Assembly: GCA_964021805.1 (NCBI GenBank)
Contig: CAXHZP010000008.1
Span: forward strand, 917-64,916
DNA length: 64,000 bases
Source: an uncultured Flavobacterium sp.
Lineage (GTDB): Bacteria > Bacteroidota > Bacteroidia > Flavobacteriales > Flavobacteriaceae
Direction: 5' to 3'
Position 1 is the stretch's first letter; each line of letters starts with the position of its first letter. A model generated the notes under the pieces. That model worked only from the letters and a program-made list of their open reading frames with translations, searched no databases and was not told the origin of the DNA. The translations under genes were made by a program, and so were the position numbers. Below are positions 1 through 11,415 of this stretch, one piece after another.

Positions 1-395
1 ATTATAGTCTAGCAACAAAATATGCAGAAATTAAGTTAAGTGAGCTTAATATTGGTATTGGTCCTTTTGTTATAGGTCCAGTAATTGAACGCAAAATAGG
101 ATTAAGTTCCTTCTCAAAAATATCTCTAAATCCTACAAGGTTTTTCGCGGCTTCATGGGCAAAAGACAATGGATTATATGCTGAAGTATTTGAAAATATT
201 TCAGAATTAGATTTAGCAGTTCAAACCTTTGCAGAAGAACTGTGTAGCTTCAACCAAGAAGCTATGAATGAAATAAAAAAATTATTTTGGAGAGGTACAG
301 ACCATTGGGATACATTACTACTAGAACAAGCAAAAATTAGTGGAAGATTGGTGTTGTCTAATTTCACAAAAGAAAAATTGAGTAAATTTAAATAA
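1..395 (+). CDS. Enoyl-CoA hydratase/isomerase family protein, C-terminal part (truncated by window edge)
   Basis: Manual translation from nt 3: YSLATKYAEIKLSELNIGIGPFVIGPVIERKIG...WAKDNGLY...KEKLSKFK*, stop TAA at 393-395. The LSELxIGIGP crotonase-type motif is present. Confidence 0.8.
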   Translation, partial: YSLATKYAEIKLSELNIGIGPFVIGPVIERKIGLSSFSKISLNPTRFFAASWAKDNGLYAEVFENISELDLAVQTFAEELCSFNQEAMNEIKKLFWRGTDHWDTLLLEQAKISGRLVLSNFTKEKLSKFK

Positions 396-742
396 TACTT
401 TTTTCCTTTTAAGTATTTGATAATTTTATGGAAAACTACATACTACTTTGTTAGTCTTTTAAAATAATCACACCTTCTTATTAGTGATTAGAAGTGTTTT
501 CATCTTCATTTTATTTATTGAAAATATATTATATTTAATTATTTCATTAATTTTTTAAATAATAATGAGATATTTTTAACGTTTTCAACAATTTGATGTT
601 AATATTTTTTAAAAAAAACTTAATTTTTATGAATATGATAATATTACTTTCTAAAAAAGTGATATTCATATTTTCACTTCTTTCGTAATTATAGAAATTA
701 CATTTTTCTGATTTTTACCCCCTTTTTTTTAACAACCCACTT

Positions 743-766
743 GCTTACGAAAACATTTTCGTAAGC
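743..766. promoter_or_regulatory. Palindromic operator-like site GCTTACGAAAA-CA-TTTTCGTAAGC (LacI-family-like)
   Basis: Perfect 11-bp inverted repeat with a 2-nt spacer, too short a loop for a terminator, ~80 nt upstream of the porin start. The core resembles LacI/PurR-type operators. Confidence 0.55.
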
Positions 767-844
767 CTCAATCCCTTTGTCTATTTGGTTTTGCGAGTTT
801 TTTATCTAAAATTCGCACCATCTTAATCTAAAAAAAAAAAGACA

Positions 845-1849
845 ATGACTAAATTTAAATTAACAATGTTAACCTTGGTTTTATTTTCAAGTATTAATGT
901 ATTTTCTCAAGAAAATGAAGAAGAAAGTGGATTTACAGTTACTGGTAGTGTAGATGTATATCACACAAGTAATTTTAAAAGTGGCTCACCCGGATCAATT
1001 GGTATTTTGTATGCAGGAAGTGCTGCAGCAAACGGTTTTGGATTAGGAATGGCCAACACTGTTTTTTCATATGAAAAAGGAAAATCTGGAGTTGTAGCAG
1101 ATTTAGCTTACGGACCTAGAGCTAATGCCGCAAACGCATATGAAGGTGCTATTAATCAGTTATACGCTTACTATAAAGCATCAGATAAAGTAACTCTTAC
1201 CCTAGGACAATTTAATACTTTCTATGGATATGAAGTAATTTCACCTTCTGGTAATTTTAACTATTCTGTATCTTATTTGTTTAATGCAGGACCGTTTTCT
1301 CATACAGGTTTTAAATTAGACTATGCTGCATCTGATGACTTATCTTTTATGTTTGCATTAACAAATCCGCATGGTATAACTTCTGGGGCTAATCCAACCA
1401 ACGATTATCAATATGGTTTTCAAACTGGATACAAAGGGCAGTTTTTTAATTTGGCCTATGGAGCAGATGGTTTTGGTTTTACAGATGTTCTGTACTTAGA
1501 TTATACAGGTGGTTTTGATTTGTCAGATACCTTCTTCTTTGGGATAAATGCTGCTTACTCAAATTCTAGTGATGCAGATGCTGGTTATCAAGGAATAGCT
1601 CTTTATCTTCAAAATGAATTTTCAGATACATTTTCTTTGGGTTTAAGACCTGAATTTTACAAAACTACATCAGGATCAGGTGATGCTTCAGTGACTGCTT
1701 ATACTTTAACAGGAAATATTACTCTTACTGAAAGTTTGAAACTTATTTCTGAATTAAGATATGATTCTTCAGATGATATGTTAATTCCTGGATTTCCAGC
1801 TGAAAAAAATATGACTGGTGGTACCATTGCAGCGGTATACTCTTTCTAA
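845..1849 (+). CDS. Outer-membrane beta-barrel porin (BBP2-like), linked to ammonium uptake
   Basis: Signal peptide, alternating beta-strand pattern, GQFNTFYGYEVI and NFNYSVSYLF motifs, C-terminal YSF. Directly upstream of amt. Confidence 0.8.
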   Translation: MTKFKLTMLTLVLFSSINVFSQENEEESGFTVTGSVDVYHTSNFKSGSPGSIGILYAGSAAANGFGLGMANTVFSYEKGKSGVVADLAYGPRANAANAYEGAINQLYAYYKASDKVTLTLGQFNTFYGYEVISPSGNFNYSVSYLFNAGPFSHTGFKLDYAASDDLSFMFALTNPHGITSGANPTNDYQYGFQTGYKGQFFNLAYGADGFGFTDVLYLDYTGGFDLSDTFFFGINAAYSNSSDADAGYQGIALYLQNEFSDTFSLGLRPEFYKTTSGSGDASVTAYTLTGNITLTESLKLISELRYDSSDDMLIPGFPAEKNMTGGTIAAVYSF

Positions 1850-1876
1850 AAATAAATTAACTAAAAACTCGCAATT

Positions 1877-3238
1877 ATGACTAACTTTTTACCAACTTTA
1901 ACTTCAAAATTACCCAGTGTAATGCAGGCTACAGCTTTAGATAGCTTAACTGTAGTGACTGGAATAACTCAAGAACAGTTAACAGCTGCAGTTGATGCTG
2001 CTGTTAAATCTTCCACTGAGGCAATCAATGGAGATATGGGAATGCTATGGATGCTTCTCTCAGGAATTCTTGTATTCTTTATGCAAGCAGGATTTACTCT
2101 AGTAGAATCTGGTATGACTAGATCTAAGAATGCTGTAAATATTGCTATGAAAAATCTATTAGATATCTGTGTAGGGTCTTTAACATATTGGATTATTGGA
2201 TATTCATTAATGTACGGTGATACCTCAAATGGATGGTTTTTCTGGAGTGGTCTGTTTCAGGGTGAGGGTGCAGATTTATTTTTCCAAACGATGTTTGCTG
2301 CAACAGCTGCAACGATAGTTTCTGGAGCTATAGCTGGTAGAACAAAATATTCTACTTACGTAATTTTCTCAATAGTAATGACAGCAATTATTTATCCAAT
2401 ATCTGGAGGATGGCAGTGGCAAGGTTCTGGTTGGTTAACCGAGTTAGGTTTTATAGATTTTGCCGGTTCTTCAATTGTACACTCTGTTGGTGGATGGGCA
2501 GCGTTAGTAGCTGCTATTCTTGTAGGTCCAAGAATTGGAAAATTCTTAGACGGAAAAGTAATGCCTATTCCTGGTCACAACCAGGTGTTAGCAACCTTAG
2601 GAGTTTTTATCCTTTGGCTAGGATGGTTTGGATTTAACGGAGGATCACAATTAGCGTGGGGTGGTGCAGATGCTATTGGTGCTTCTAATGTAGTTTTAAT
2701 AACAAACTTAGCAGCAGCAGCAGGTGGTTTAGGAGCTTTAATTACTACATGGATATGGTATGGTAAGCCTCATTTAGCGCAAACTTTAAATGGAGCTTTG
2801 GCAGGTTTAGTAAGTATCACTGCAGGATGTGGAAACATGTCTTCTGTGGGAGCTGCTTTAGCCGGATTAATTGGAGGTGTTTTAGTGGTTTTCTCGATTG
2901 AGTTTATTGAGAAAAAATTAAAGATAGATGATGCCATTGGAGCAGTTTCTGTTCATGGTGTAGTTGGTGTTTGGGGAACTATTGTGATAGGATTATGGGG
3001 TATCGATGGTGATACTGGAATAGGACTTTTTAATGGAGGTGGAACGTCTCAATTAGGTGTTCAAGCACTTGGTTCATTGGCCTATGCAGTATGGGCTATA
3101 GCTTTATCTTGGATTGTATTATTTACTTTGAAGAAAACTATTGGTTTACGAGTTAGTCAAGAAGTAGAAGAAAAAGGACTAGACTTAGCTGAACACGGAA
3201 CTATCGCTTATCCAGGAAAAAGAAATCGAGGAGAATAA
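1877..3238 (+). CDS. amtB: Ammonium transporter
   Basis: FFMQAGF, FQTMFA, DFAGSSIVH, GWFGFNGGS, IDDAIGAVSVHG and GLDLAEHG motifs; both conserved His residues present. Confidence 0.97.
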   Translation: MTNFLPTLTSKLPSVMQATALDSLTVVTGITQEQLTAAVDAAVKSSTEAINGDMGMLWMLLSGILVFFMQAGFTLVESGMTRSKNAVNIAMKNLLDICVGSLTYWIIGYSLMYGDTSNGWFFWSGLFQGEGADLFFQTMFAATAATIVSGAIAGRTKYSTYVIFSIVMTAIIYPISGGWQWQGSGWLTELGFIDFAGSSIVHSVGGWAALVAAILVGPRIGKFLDGKVMPIPGHNQVLATLGVFILWLGWFGFNGGSQLAWGGADAIGASNVVLITNLAAAAGGLGALITTWIWYGKPHLAQTLNGALAGLVSITAGCGNMSSVGAALAGLIGGVLVVFSIEFIEKKLKIDDAIGAVSVHGVVGVWGTIVIGLWGIDGDTGIGLFNGGGTSQLGVQALGSLAYAVWAIALSWIVLFTLKKTIGLRVSQEVEEKGLDLAEHGTIAYPGKRNRGE

Positions 3239-3302
3239 TAAATACCCCTAAAACATAATTTAAATTTCGATTAAAAGAAATATAAATAGTTTTTAATGAA
3301 GT

Positions 3303-3330
3303 GAAAATGCATTGATACCAATGCATTTTC
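3303..3330. other. Perfect 12-bp stem hairpin between amt and gltB
   Basis: GAAAATGCATTG-atac-CAATGCATTTTC; function (terminator, stabiliser or operator) unresolved. Confidence 0.5.
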
Positions 3331-3383
3331 CTGCGTTTTACATTTTAATAAAAATTAGTAGTAACAAATAGAGGTTAGAAAAT

Positions 3384-6300
3384 ATGAAAGATCAAGGATT
3401 GTATTTAAGTGAATTTGAAAGAGACAACTGCGGAGCGGGTTTTATTTGTAATTTGAAAGGACAAAAGTCTAATCAAATTATACATGATGCTCTAGAAATT
3501 TTAATAAAATTAGAACATAGAGGTGCTGTAAGTTCTGATGGAAGAACAGGAGATGGTGCAGGAATCTTAATTGATATTCCTCATGAGTTCTTTTCTCGTG
3601 TATGTGATTTTGAACTACCAACGCCTGGAGAATATGCTGTTGGGCAAGTTTTTTTACCTAAGAAATTTAATCAAAGTAGTTATTGTCAAGATGTTTTTGA
3701 AAAAGAATTAAAAAACCAAGGTCTGTGTGTTTTAGGTTGGAGAGATGTTCCAGTAGACACCTCAAATTTGGGAGTTATTGCGGCTAGAACTCAACCAAAA
3801 ACAAAACAATTATTTGTTGGTAAAGGTGCTGATGAATTAACAGAATTGCAATTCAACGCAAAACTTTTCGCCGCTAGAAAAATTACTGAACACACTGTAT
3901 CCAAATCTAAAATTTCAGAGGCAAAATATTTTTATTTACCTAGCTTTTCTACTACTACTATTATTTATAAAGGCCTTTTAATTCCTGAGGATATTGGTCG
4001 TTTTTACAGTGATTTAAGACAGCCAGATTTAGTAACTAGGTTGGCATTGGTTCATCAACGTTTTTCTACCAATACATTTCCTTCTTGGGATTTAGCTCAG
4101 CCTTTCAGATTTATGTGTCACAATGGAGAGATAAATACCTTAAGAGGAAATGTGAGTAGAATGTTGGCCAGACAAGAATTAATGAAAAGTGATCTTTTTG
4201 GTGATGATATAAAAAAAATATTTCCAATTATTACTGATGGTAAATCTGATTCAGCCTCTATGGATTTAGCGGTAGAATTATTGTTGATGACTGGGAGATC
4301 TCTACCAGAAGTGATGATGATGATGGTTCCTGAGGCTTGGGAAAAAGATTCTTCGATGAATGAGGATAAAAAAGCATTTTATCAATACAATGCTTGTATT
4401 ATGGAACCTTGGGATGGTCCAGCATCAGTACCATTTACAGATGGAAATTTTATAGGAGCTTTGTTAGATAGAAATGGGTTAAGACCTTCAAGATACACAG
4501 TTACCAAGAATGGAAATGTAGTAATGTCTTCTGAGATTGGTGTTTTAAATATAAAACCGGAAAATGTAGTTAAACATGGTAGATTAGAACCAGGAAAAAT
4601 GTTTTTAGTAGACATGAATGCTGGTCGTATTATAGAAGATGAAGAAATAAAAAAAGAAATTATTTCTAAAAAACCTTATAAGAAATGGGTGAACGAGAAT
4701 GTGCTTCCTTTGATAGACATTCCATATACAAACAATAACATACCCACTGAAGTTTCAGATTATAAAACTAGACTAAGACTCTTTGGATATACAACTGAAG
4801 AAATTTCTACCATTATTTCTCCAATGGCAATTTCTGCTAAAGAAGGAATTGGTTCTATGGGAACAGACACTCCTTTAGCAGTCTTGTCTGATAAACCTCA
4901 ATTACTTTACAACTATTTTAAACAGTTATTTGCACAGGTAACAAACCCTCCGTTAGATGGTATTCGAGAAGAAATTATTACAGATATTAGTCTAGCCATT
5001 GGTTCAGATGGAAATATTTTTGATCTCTCTCCAGATCAAGCAAAGAAACTTCTTATTCAAAATCCTGTAATCTCCAATGAAGATTTGGATAAAATTAAAA
5101 ATATTGATCACACAGATTTTAAAGCAACATCTATTTCAATTTTATTTCCATTAGATGAAGGCGTAAACGGAATAGAGAGAGCTTTAGATGCCATGTTAGA
5201 TAAAGCAGTAGAAGCGGTAGATGCAGGTTCTAATATTATTATTTTGTCAGATAGAGGAGTTACCAAAGAAAATGCGCCCATACCAGCTTTGTTAGCATGT
5301 TCCTACTTACATCATTCTTTAAGTAGAAAACAAAAACGTTCTAAATTTGGTATTGTAATGGAAACTGCAGAGCCTAGAGAACCACATCATTTTGCTACAT
5401 TATTTGGGTATGGTGCAAGTGCTATTAACCCTTACATGGTAAATGAAATTATTACTCATCAAGTTGAGACAGGTGAGATAAAAGGCATAAATGCTAACCT
5501 AGCGGTTAAAAATTTTAACAAAGCTATAGGAAAAGGAATCTTAAAAATCATGAATAAGATAGGTATTTCTACATTACATTCTTATAGAGCCTCTCAGATT
5601 TTTGAAATTTTAGGATTAAAAAAAGCATTTACTGAAAAGTATTTTCCTGGAACCCCATCTAGAATTGGCGGTATTGGATTATATGTTCTTCAGAAAGATA
5701 TCTATAAAAGATGTAAGTCTGCATACAGAGATTTAGAAATAGATAAGGTTTTAGACCTTGATATTGGAGGAGATTATCGATGGAGAAGAGGAGGAGAAAG
5801 ACATATGTTTAATCCTACTACAGTTTCTAAACTACAACAAGCTGTTAGGCTTAAAAGTAAAGAAAGCTATCAAGTATACTCAGAAAAAATAAATAAGCAA
5901 TCTAAAGAATTAATGACCTTAAGAGGGTTGTTCGAATTTAATAATCTTGATCCAATACCTATAGAAGAGGTAGAACCATGGACAGAGATTGTAAAACGTT
6001 TTAAAACTGGAGCCATGTCTTACGGTTCAATTAGTTCTGAAGCTCACGAAAACTTAGCTGTAGCAATGAATAGAATTGGAGGAAAATCTAATTCTGGTGA
6101 AGGGGGTGAGCATAAAATTCGTTTTAATAAATTACCCAACGGAGATTCTAAGAATAGTGCTATAAAGCAAGTTGCATCTGGAAGGTTTGGGGTAAGTAGT
6201 AATTACCTAACCAATGCTAAAGAGATTCAAATTAAAATGGCGCAGGGAGCAAAACCTGGTGAAGGAGGTCAATTACCTGGGAAAAAAGTATTACCGTGGA

Positions 6301-7889
6301 TTGCTGAGGTTAGAAATTCTACACCATACGTTGGACTAATTTCTCCGCCACCTCATCATGATATTTATTCTATAGAGGATTTAGCTCAACTTATTTTTGA
6401 TTTAAAAAATGCTAACAGAGAAGCTAGGATTAATGTAAAACTAGTATCTAAAGTAGGTGTTGGAACCATCGCTGCTGGTGTGGCTAAAGCTAAAGCTGAT
6501 GTTATTTTAATTTCTGGTTTTGATGGTGGTACAGGAGCATCACCACTAACCTCATTAAAACATGCTGGTTTACCATGGGAATTAGGAATAGCAGAAGCGC
6601 AACAAACTCTAGTAATGAACAATCTAAGAAATAGAGTTATTCTAGAATGTGATGGCCAGTTAAAAACTGGAAGAGATGTAGCCATTGCATGTTTATTAGG
6701 TGCTGAAGAATTTGGTTTTGCAACGGCACCACTTGTGGCATCAGGTTGTATAATGATGCGTCAATGTCATTTAAATACCTGCCCAGTTGGGATAGCAACT
6801 CAAGATCCTGAATTGCGTAAGAATTTTAAAGGAACACCAGAACACGTAGTTAACTTCATGTACTTTGTTGCTGAAGAATTAAGACAAATTATGGCTTCGT
6901 TAGGTTTTAGATCTATCAAGGAGATGGTTGGGCAAACTCATAAAATTAATGCCAACCCATCTATAGATCATTACAAAGCTAAAGGGATAGATGTTTCTGC
7001 TATTTTACATCAACCAGATGTTGAGGGGAACCATATTTTATACAATACTGAAAAACAGAATCACAATTTAGACAAGGTACTTGATATAAAAATAATAGAC
7101 AATGCAAAAGCAGCCATTAAAAATAAAATAAAATCTAAATTTGATTATCCGATTCAAAATACAAATCGTTCTGTTGGAGCTATTACGAGTAATGAAATTT
7201 CAAAATTACACGGAGAGGATGGATTACCAGAAGATACGTTAACGCTTAACTTTAAGGGATCTGCAGGGCAAAGTTTTGGAGCTTTTGCTACCAAAGGATT
7301 AACTATGATAGTAGACGGGGAAGCTAATGATTACTTAGGTAAAGGCTTATCTGGTGCTAAAATAGTTGTTAAAAAACCAGCTGAGGCAGATTTTATTGCC
7401 GAAGAAAATATTATTGTTGGGAATGTGTGTTTTTATGGAGCTATTAAAGGTGAAGCCTATATTAACGGAATAGCTGGCGAACGTTTCGCTGTTAGAAATT
7501 CTGGTGTAGTTGCGGTAGTAGAAGGAATAGGAGATCATGGTTGTGAGTATATGACTGGAGGTCAAGTGATTGTTTTAGGTGAAACAGGAAGAAATTTTGC
7601 TGCAGGAATGAGTGGGGGAATAGCTTATGTATATGACCCATCTCATACATTTAGAAACGAACTTTGTAATTTAGAAATGGTAGAATTAGTTCATTTAGAA
7701 ACCAAAGATCAGTTAGAGTTAAAAGATCATGTTAAAAAACATGTTTCTTACACAGCCAGCTCTCTAGGAAAAAAACTTTTACAAGACTGGGAAGTAAATA
7801 AAATGGACTTTATTAAGGTGTATCCAACAGATTATAAGATTGCTTTAGAAAGATTAGAAAAAGAGGCATTAACAAAATTAACAGCATAA
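3384..7889 (+). CDS. gltB: Glutamate synthase large subunit
   Basis: N-terminal ERDNCGAG amidotransferase Cys, [11 protein letters not shown] domain, 3Fe-4[19 protein letters not shown] domain; 1501 aa. Confidence 0.99.
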   Translation: MKDQGLYLSEFERDNCGAGFICNLKGQKSNQIIHDALEILIKLEHRGAVSSDGRTGDGAGILIDIPHEFFSRVCDFELPTPGEYAVGQVFLPKKFNQSSYCQDVFEKELKNQGLCVLGWRDVPVDTSNLGVIAARTQPKTKQLFVGKGADELTELQFNAKLFAARKITEHTVSKSKISEAKYFYLPSFSTTTIIYKGLLIPEDIGRFYSDLRQPDLVTRLALVHQRFSTNTFPSWDLAQPFRFMCHNGEINTLRGNVSRMLARQELMKSDLFGDDIKKIFPIITDGKSDSASMDLAVELLLMTGRSLPEVMMMMVPEAWEKDSSMNEDKKAFYQYNACIMEPWDGPASVPFTDGNFIGALLDRNGLRPSRYTVTKNGNVVMSSEIGVLNIKPENVVKHGRLEPGKMFLVDMNAGRIIEDEEIKKEIISKKPYKKWVNENVLPLIDIPYTNNNIPTEVSDYKTRLRLFGYTTEEISTIISPMAISAKEGIGSMGTDTPLAVLSDKPQLLYNYFKQLFAQVTNPPLDGIREEIITDISLAIGSDGNIFDLSPDQAKKLLIQNPVISNEDLDKIKNIDHTDFKATSISILFPLDEGVNGIERALDAMLDKAVEAVDAGSNIIILSDRGVTKENAPIPALLACSYLHHSLSRKQKRSKFGIVMETAEPREPHHFATLFGYGASAINPYMVNEIITHQVETGEIKGINANLAVKNFNKAIGKGILKIMNKIGISTLHSYRASQIFEILGLKKAFTEKYFPGTPSRIGGIGLYVLQKDIYKRCKSAYRDLEIDKVLDLDIGGDYRWRRGGERHMFNPTTVSKLQQAVRLKSKESYQVYSEKINKQSKELMTLRGLFEFNNLDPIPIEEVEPWTEIVKRFKTGAMSYGSISSEAHENLAVAMNRIGGKSNSGEGGEHKIRFNKLPNGDSKNSAIKQVASGRFGVSSNYLTNAKEIQIKMAQGAKPGEGGQLPGKKVLPWIAEVRNSTPYVGLISPPPHHDIYSIEDLAQLIFDLKNANREARINVKLVSKVGVGTIAAGVAKAKADVILISGFDGGTGASPLTSLKHAGLPWELGIAEAQQTLVMNNLRNRVILECDGQLKTGRDVAIACLLGAEEFGFATAPLVASGCIMMRQCHLNTCPVGIATQDPELRKNFKGTPEHVVNFMYFVAEELRQIMASLGFRSIKEMVGQTHKINANPSIDHYKAKGIDVSAILHQPDVEGNHILYNTEKQNHNLDKVLDIKIIDNAKAAIKNKIKSKFDYPIQNTNRSVGAITSNEISKLHGEDGLPEDTLTLNFKGSAGQSFGAFATKGLTMIVDGEANDYLGKGLSGAKIVVKKPAEADFIAEENIIVGNVCFYGAIKGEAYINGIAGERFAVRNSGVVAVVEGIGDHGCEYMTGGQVIVLGETGRNFAAGMSGGIAYVYDPSHTFRNELCNLEMVELVHLETKDQLELKDHVKKHVSYTASSLGKKLLQDWEVNKMDFIKVYPTDYKIALERLEKEALTKLTA

Positions 7890-7891
7890 TT

Positions 7892-9355
7892 ATGGGAGAA
7901 TTAGGAGGATTTAAAAAATACGAAAGAAAACAGGAAGGAAATATAGCTGTTAAAGAAAGGATTAAACATTACAAGGAATTTACAAAACCATTACATATTA
8001 AAGAACAACAAAAACAAGGTTCTCGATGCATGGATTGTGGTATTCCATTTTGTCACAGTGGTTGTCCATTAGGGAATTTAATACCAGATTTTAATGATTT
8101 AATTCATAAAGGAGAATGGAAACAAGCGCTAGAAATACTTCATGCGACAAATAATTTTCCAGAATTTACTGGTAGGTTATGTCCGGCTCCTTGTGAGCAA
8201 GCTTGCGTATTGGGGTTAATTGACGAACCTGTTTCTATTGAAAACATAGAAAAATCTATAGTTGAAAAAGGATTTGAAGAAGGATGGATAGTGCCTCAAA
8301 AACCAACAAAAAGAACAGGTAAAACAATTGCAATTGTAGGATCTGGACCAGCAGGATTGGCCGCAGCACAACAATTAAATAGGGTGGGACATTCAGTGGT
8401 TGTTTTTGAAAGAGATGATCAAATAGGTGGTTTGTTACGTTATGGAATTCCGAATTTTAAATTAGAAAAAGAAATCATTGATAGACGGGTAGATATTTTA
8501 AAAGAAGAAGGTATAGAGTTTAAGACCAATGTAAATGTAGGAGTTAATTATCCGGTAGCTTCTCTTAAAGATTTTGATGCAGTATTGTTATCTGGAGGAG
8601 CAACAATGTCTAGAAGTATTCCAATTAAAGGAAATGAAGCTAAAGGTGTTGTTCAGGCTATGGATTTCTTAACTAGACAAACAAAAGCATTGTTTGATGA
8701 AAAATCACAAAATAACATTATCAATGCTAAAGGAAAAAATGTGATAGTTATTGGAGGAGGTGATACTGGTTCTGATTGTATTGGAACCTCAAATAGACAA
8801 GGTGCTAAATCTGTAACAAACTTTGAAATAATGTCTAAGCCACCTTCAGAGAGAAGTGTGAAAACTCCGTGGCCATTTTGGCCAATGCAGTTAAAAACAA
8901 GCTCTTCTCATGATGAAGGTTGTGATCGTAATTGGTTGGTTAGCACAAAAGAGTTTCTTACTAATGATAAGGGAGAATTATATGCTCTTAAAACGGTAGA
9001 AGTTTCATGGAAAACGATTCCAGGACAAAGACCCCAAATCATTGAAAGAGAAGGTTCTGAAAAAATATGGCCTTGTGATTTAGCATTATTAGCACTTGGA
9101 TTTACTGGCCCTGATAAATCTTTACCTGAACAATTGGGTTTAGAGTTTGATACAAGAACAAATATCAAAGCATCTGTAAAAGACTATAAAACTAATGTTT
9201 CAGGAATTTTTACTGCTGGAGATATGAGAAGAGGACAATCTTTAATTGTGTGGGCTATATCTGAGGGACGTCAAGCAGCACATCATATAGATTCCTATTT
9301 AATGGGGGCTTCTCGCTTGCCATTAAAGGATGATAATGATTTGATTGGCGCCTAA
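7892..9355 (+). CDS. gltD: Glutamate synthase small subunit (NAD(P)H)
   Basis: RCMDCGIPFCHSGCP, GRLCPAPCEQAC, GSGPAG, GGGDTG; adjacent to gltB. Confidence 0.99.
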   Translation: MGELGGFKKYERKQEGNIAVKERIKHYKEFTKPLHIKEQQKQGSRCMDCGIPFCHSGCPLGNLIPDFNDLIHKGEWKQALEILHATNNFPEFTGRLCPAPCEQACVLGLIDEPVSIENIEKSIVEKGFEEGWIVPQKPTKRTGKTIAIVGSGPAGLAAAQQLNRVGHSVVVFERDDQIGGLLRYGIPNFKLEKEIIDRRVDILKEEGIEFKTNVNVGVNYPVASLKDFDAVLLSGGATMSRSIPIKGNEAKGVVQAMDFLTRQTKALFDEKSQNNIINAKGKNVIVIGGGDTGSDCIGTSNRQGAKSVTNFEIMSKPPSERSVKTPWPFWPMQLKTSSSHDEGCDRNWLVSTKEFLTNDKGELYALKTVEVSWKTIPGQRPQIIEREGSEKIWPCDLALLALGFTGPDKSLPEQLGLEFDTRTNIKASVKDYKTNVSGIFTAGDMRRGQSLIVWAISEGRQAAHHIDSYLMGASRLPLKDDNDLIGA

Positions 9356-9415
9356 ATTTTTAATTAAAAAAATCTGAAAAAACATCATTAACTGGTTATT
9401 CTATTAAAAAAAAAT

Positions 9416-9423
9416 CATATTTG
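9416..9423 (+). promoter_or_regulatory. Putative -7 promoter element (CATATTTG) of the ilv leader
   Basis: One mismatch to Bacteroidota TAnnTTTG; 8 nt before the leader ATG. Confidence 0.45.
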
Positions 9424-9431
9424 TATGAGTA

Positions 9432-9485
9432 ATGAATACAAAGCAAGAACATATTATTTCTTCAATTATTGGTTTAAATCCGTAA
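9432..9485 (+). CDS. ilv operon leader peptide MNTKQEHIISSIIGLNP (17 aa)
   Basis: Manual translation; two Ile-Ile pairs (all ATT) plus Leu, upstream of a terminator preceding ilvD. Confidence 0.75.
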   Translation: MNTKQEHIISSIIGLNP

Positions 9486-9517
9486 CCAAGGGAATGGTAT
9501 TTTTAAATATAAAAAAC

Positions 9518-9547
9518 AAAGACCTTCTTGAAACGGAGGTTTTTTTT
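9518..9547 (+). terminator. Attenuator terminator of the ilv leader
   Basis: AAAGACCTTC-ttgaaac-GGAGGTTTTTTTT. Its 5' arm can alternatively pair with CAAGGGAATGGT (9487-9498). Confidence 0.75.
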
Positions 9548-9724
9548 ATGGATAAATTTTATAGTTTGAACATCACAAATAAAAACAGTTAATAGTTTGT
9601 TTGTCAAATAATTAAGTAATATTCAAAAGCTATGGATTTAAGCTGATTTAAGTTTGTAATTAAATGACAAGGATTGCAATAAACTAATTTAGAACTATAA
9701 ATAGAATACCTACTGTAAAACAGA

Positions 9725-11404
9725 ATGAAACAAATTAATAAATATAGTCGAAGATTAACACAAGATGAATCTCAACCAGCATCACAAGCCATGTTGTATG
9801 CTGTAGGTCTTTCAGATGAAGATATGCATAAAGCACAGGTAGGTATTGCGAGTACTGGCTATGACGGCAATCCATGTAATATGCACTTGAATAGATTGAA
9901 AGATGAGGTAAAAATAGAGTGTAAAATTGCAGATATGGTAGGTTTAGGTTTTAATACCATTGGAGTTTCTGATGGAATTTCGATGGGAACCTCAGGAATG
10001 AATTACTCATTGGTTTCAAGAGATATTATTGCAGATTCTATTGAAACGGTTATGAATGCACAAAGTTACGATGCATTAATTGCTATAGTAGGTTGTGATA
10101 AAAATATGCCGGGAGCTGTTATGTCTATGTTACGTTTAAATCGTCCTTCCATTATGATGTATGGAGGTACTATTGCCTCGGGAAATTACAAAGGAAGAAA
10201 GTTAAATATTGTATCAGCTTTTGAAGCTTTAGGTCAAAAAGTAGCTGGAGAAATTGAAGAAGAAGAGTATAGAGAAATTATAAAAAGATCGATACCTGGT
10301 GCTGGTGCTTGTGGTGGTATGTATACGGCTAACACAATGGCTTCTGCCATTGAATGCATGGGTTTTTCGTTGCCTTATAATTCATCAATTCCAGCAGAAA
10401 ATCCAAACAAATTATCAGAAGCTGAACGGCATGCTTTGGCTATCAAAAGTTTATTGGAAAAAGACATAAAGCCTTTAGATATTATTTCAAAAAAATCAAT
10501 AGAAAATGCCATTGCTTTGGTAAATGCCCTTGGAGGTTCTACCAATGCTGTACTTCATTTTTTAGCCATAGCTCATGCTGCTGACATTAAATTTTCTTTA
10601 GAAGACTTTCAAAGAGTGTCAGATAAAACTCCTTTAATTGCAGATTTAAAACCTTCGGGAAAATATTTAATGGAGGATGTTCATAGTATAGGTGGTACAC
10701 CAGCAATCATGAAATACTTATTGGATGGCGGTTATTTACATGGAGATTGTATGACCGTTACTGGAAAAACATTAGCTGAAAACTTAAAAGATGTTGTCGC
10801 TATGGAGTTTGAAGATCAGGATGTTATTTATCCAACAGACAAAGCTTTAAAGACCTCTGGAAATATTCAAATACTTCACGGAAATCTCGCAGAGGAAGGT
10901 GCGGTTGCTAAAATATCAGGTAAAGAAGGGTTGTTGTTTGAAGGGAAGGCTGTTGTTTATGACGGAGAACAGGCTGCAAATACCGGGATTTCAAATGGTG
11001 AGGTTCATAAAGGTGATGTGGTTGTGATACGATATGTAGGACCAAAAGGTGGACCAGGTATGCCGGAAATGTTAAAACCAACTTCGCTAATCATGGGAGC
11101 AGGCTTAGGAAAGTCTGTTGCCTTAATTACAGACGGTCGTTTTTCTGGAGGAACGCATGGATTTGTTGTTGGACACGTAACACCAGAAGCACAATCAGGA
11201 GGAGCAATAGGAATCATAGAAACTGGAGATAAAATCAGAATTAGTGCTGAAGACAATACAATTAATGTATTAATCTCTGATGAAGAATTAGCAGAGAGAA
11301 AAGCAAAATGGATTGCTCCAGAACCTAAGCATAAAAAAGGAATTTTATACAAATACGCAAAAACAGTAGCTTCAGCATCTAAAGGATGTGTTACTGATTT
11401 ATAA
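9725..11404 (+). CDS. ilvD: Dihydroxy-acid dehydratase
   Basis: [37 protein letters not shown]. Confidence 0.98.
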   Translation: MKQINKYSRRLTQDESQPASQAMLYAVGLSDEDMHKAQVGIASTGYDGNPCNMHLNRLKDEVKIECKIADMVGLGFNTIGVSDGISMGTSGMNYSLVSRDIIADSIETVMNAQSYDALIAIVGCDKNMPGAVMSMLRLNRPSIMMYGGTIASGNYKGRKLNIVSAFEALGQKVAGEIEEEEYREIIKRSIPGAGACGGMYTANTMASAIECMGFSLPYNSSIPAENPNKLSEAERHALAIKSLLEKDIKPLDIISKKSIENAIALVNALGGSTNAVLHFLAIAHAADIKFSLEDFQRVSDKTPLIADLKPSGKYLMEDVHSIGGTPAIMKYLLDGGYLHGDCMTVTGKTLAENLKDVVAMEFEDQDVIYPTDKALKTSGNIQILHGNLAEEGAVAKISGKEGLLFEGKAVVYDGEQAANTGISNGEVHKGDVVVIRYVGPKGGPGMPEMLKPTSLIMGAGLGKSVALITDGRFSGGTHGFVVGHVTPEAQSGGAIGIIETGDKIRISAEDNTINVLISDEELAERKAKWIAPEPKHKKGILYKYAKTVASASKGCVTDL

Positions 11405-11415
11405 AAAGAAAATAT

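Noticed and set aside
830-840. A11 run just before the porin start codon as a phase-variation tract
   Set aside because: Outside the CDS and promoter spacer; A-rich initiation regions are normal in Bacteroidota.
9425-9592. Alternative uORF MSNEYKARTYYFFNYWF… (55 aa), rich in aromatic residues, in the ilv leader
   Set aside because: It runs through the terminator, its ATG is only 1 nt after the -7 box (probably upstream of +1), and aromatic sensing does not fit ilv genes. The Ile-rich frame fits the structure.
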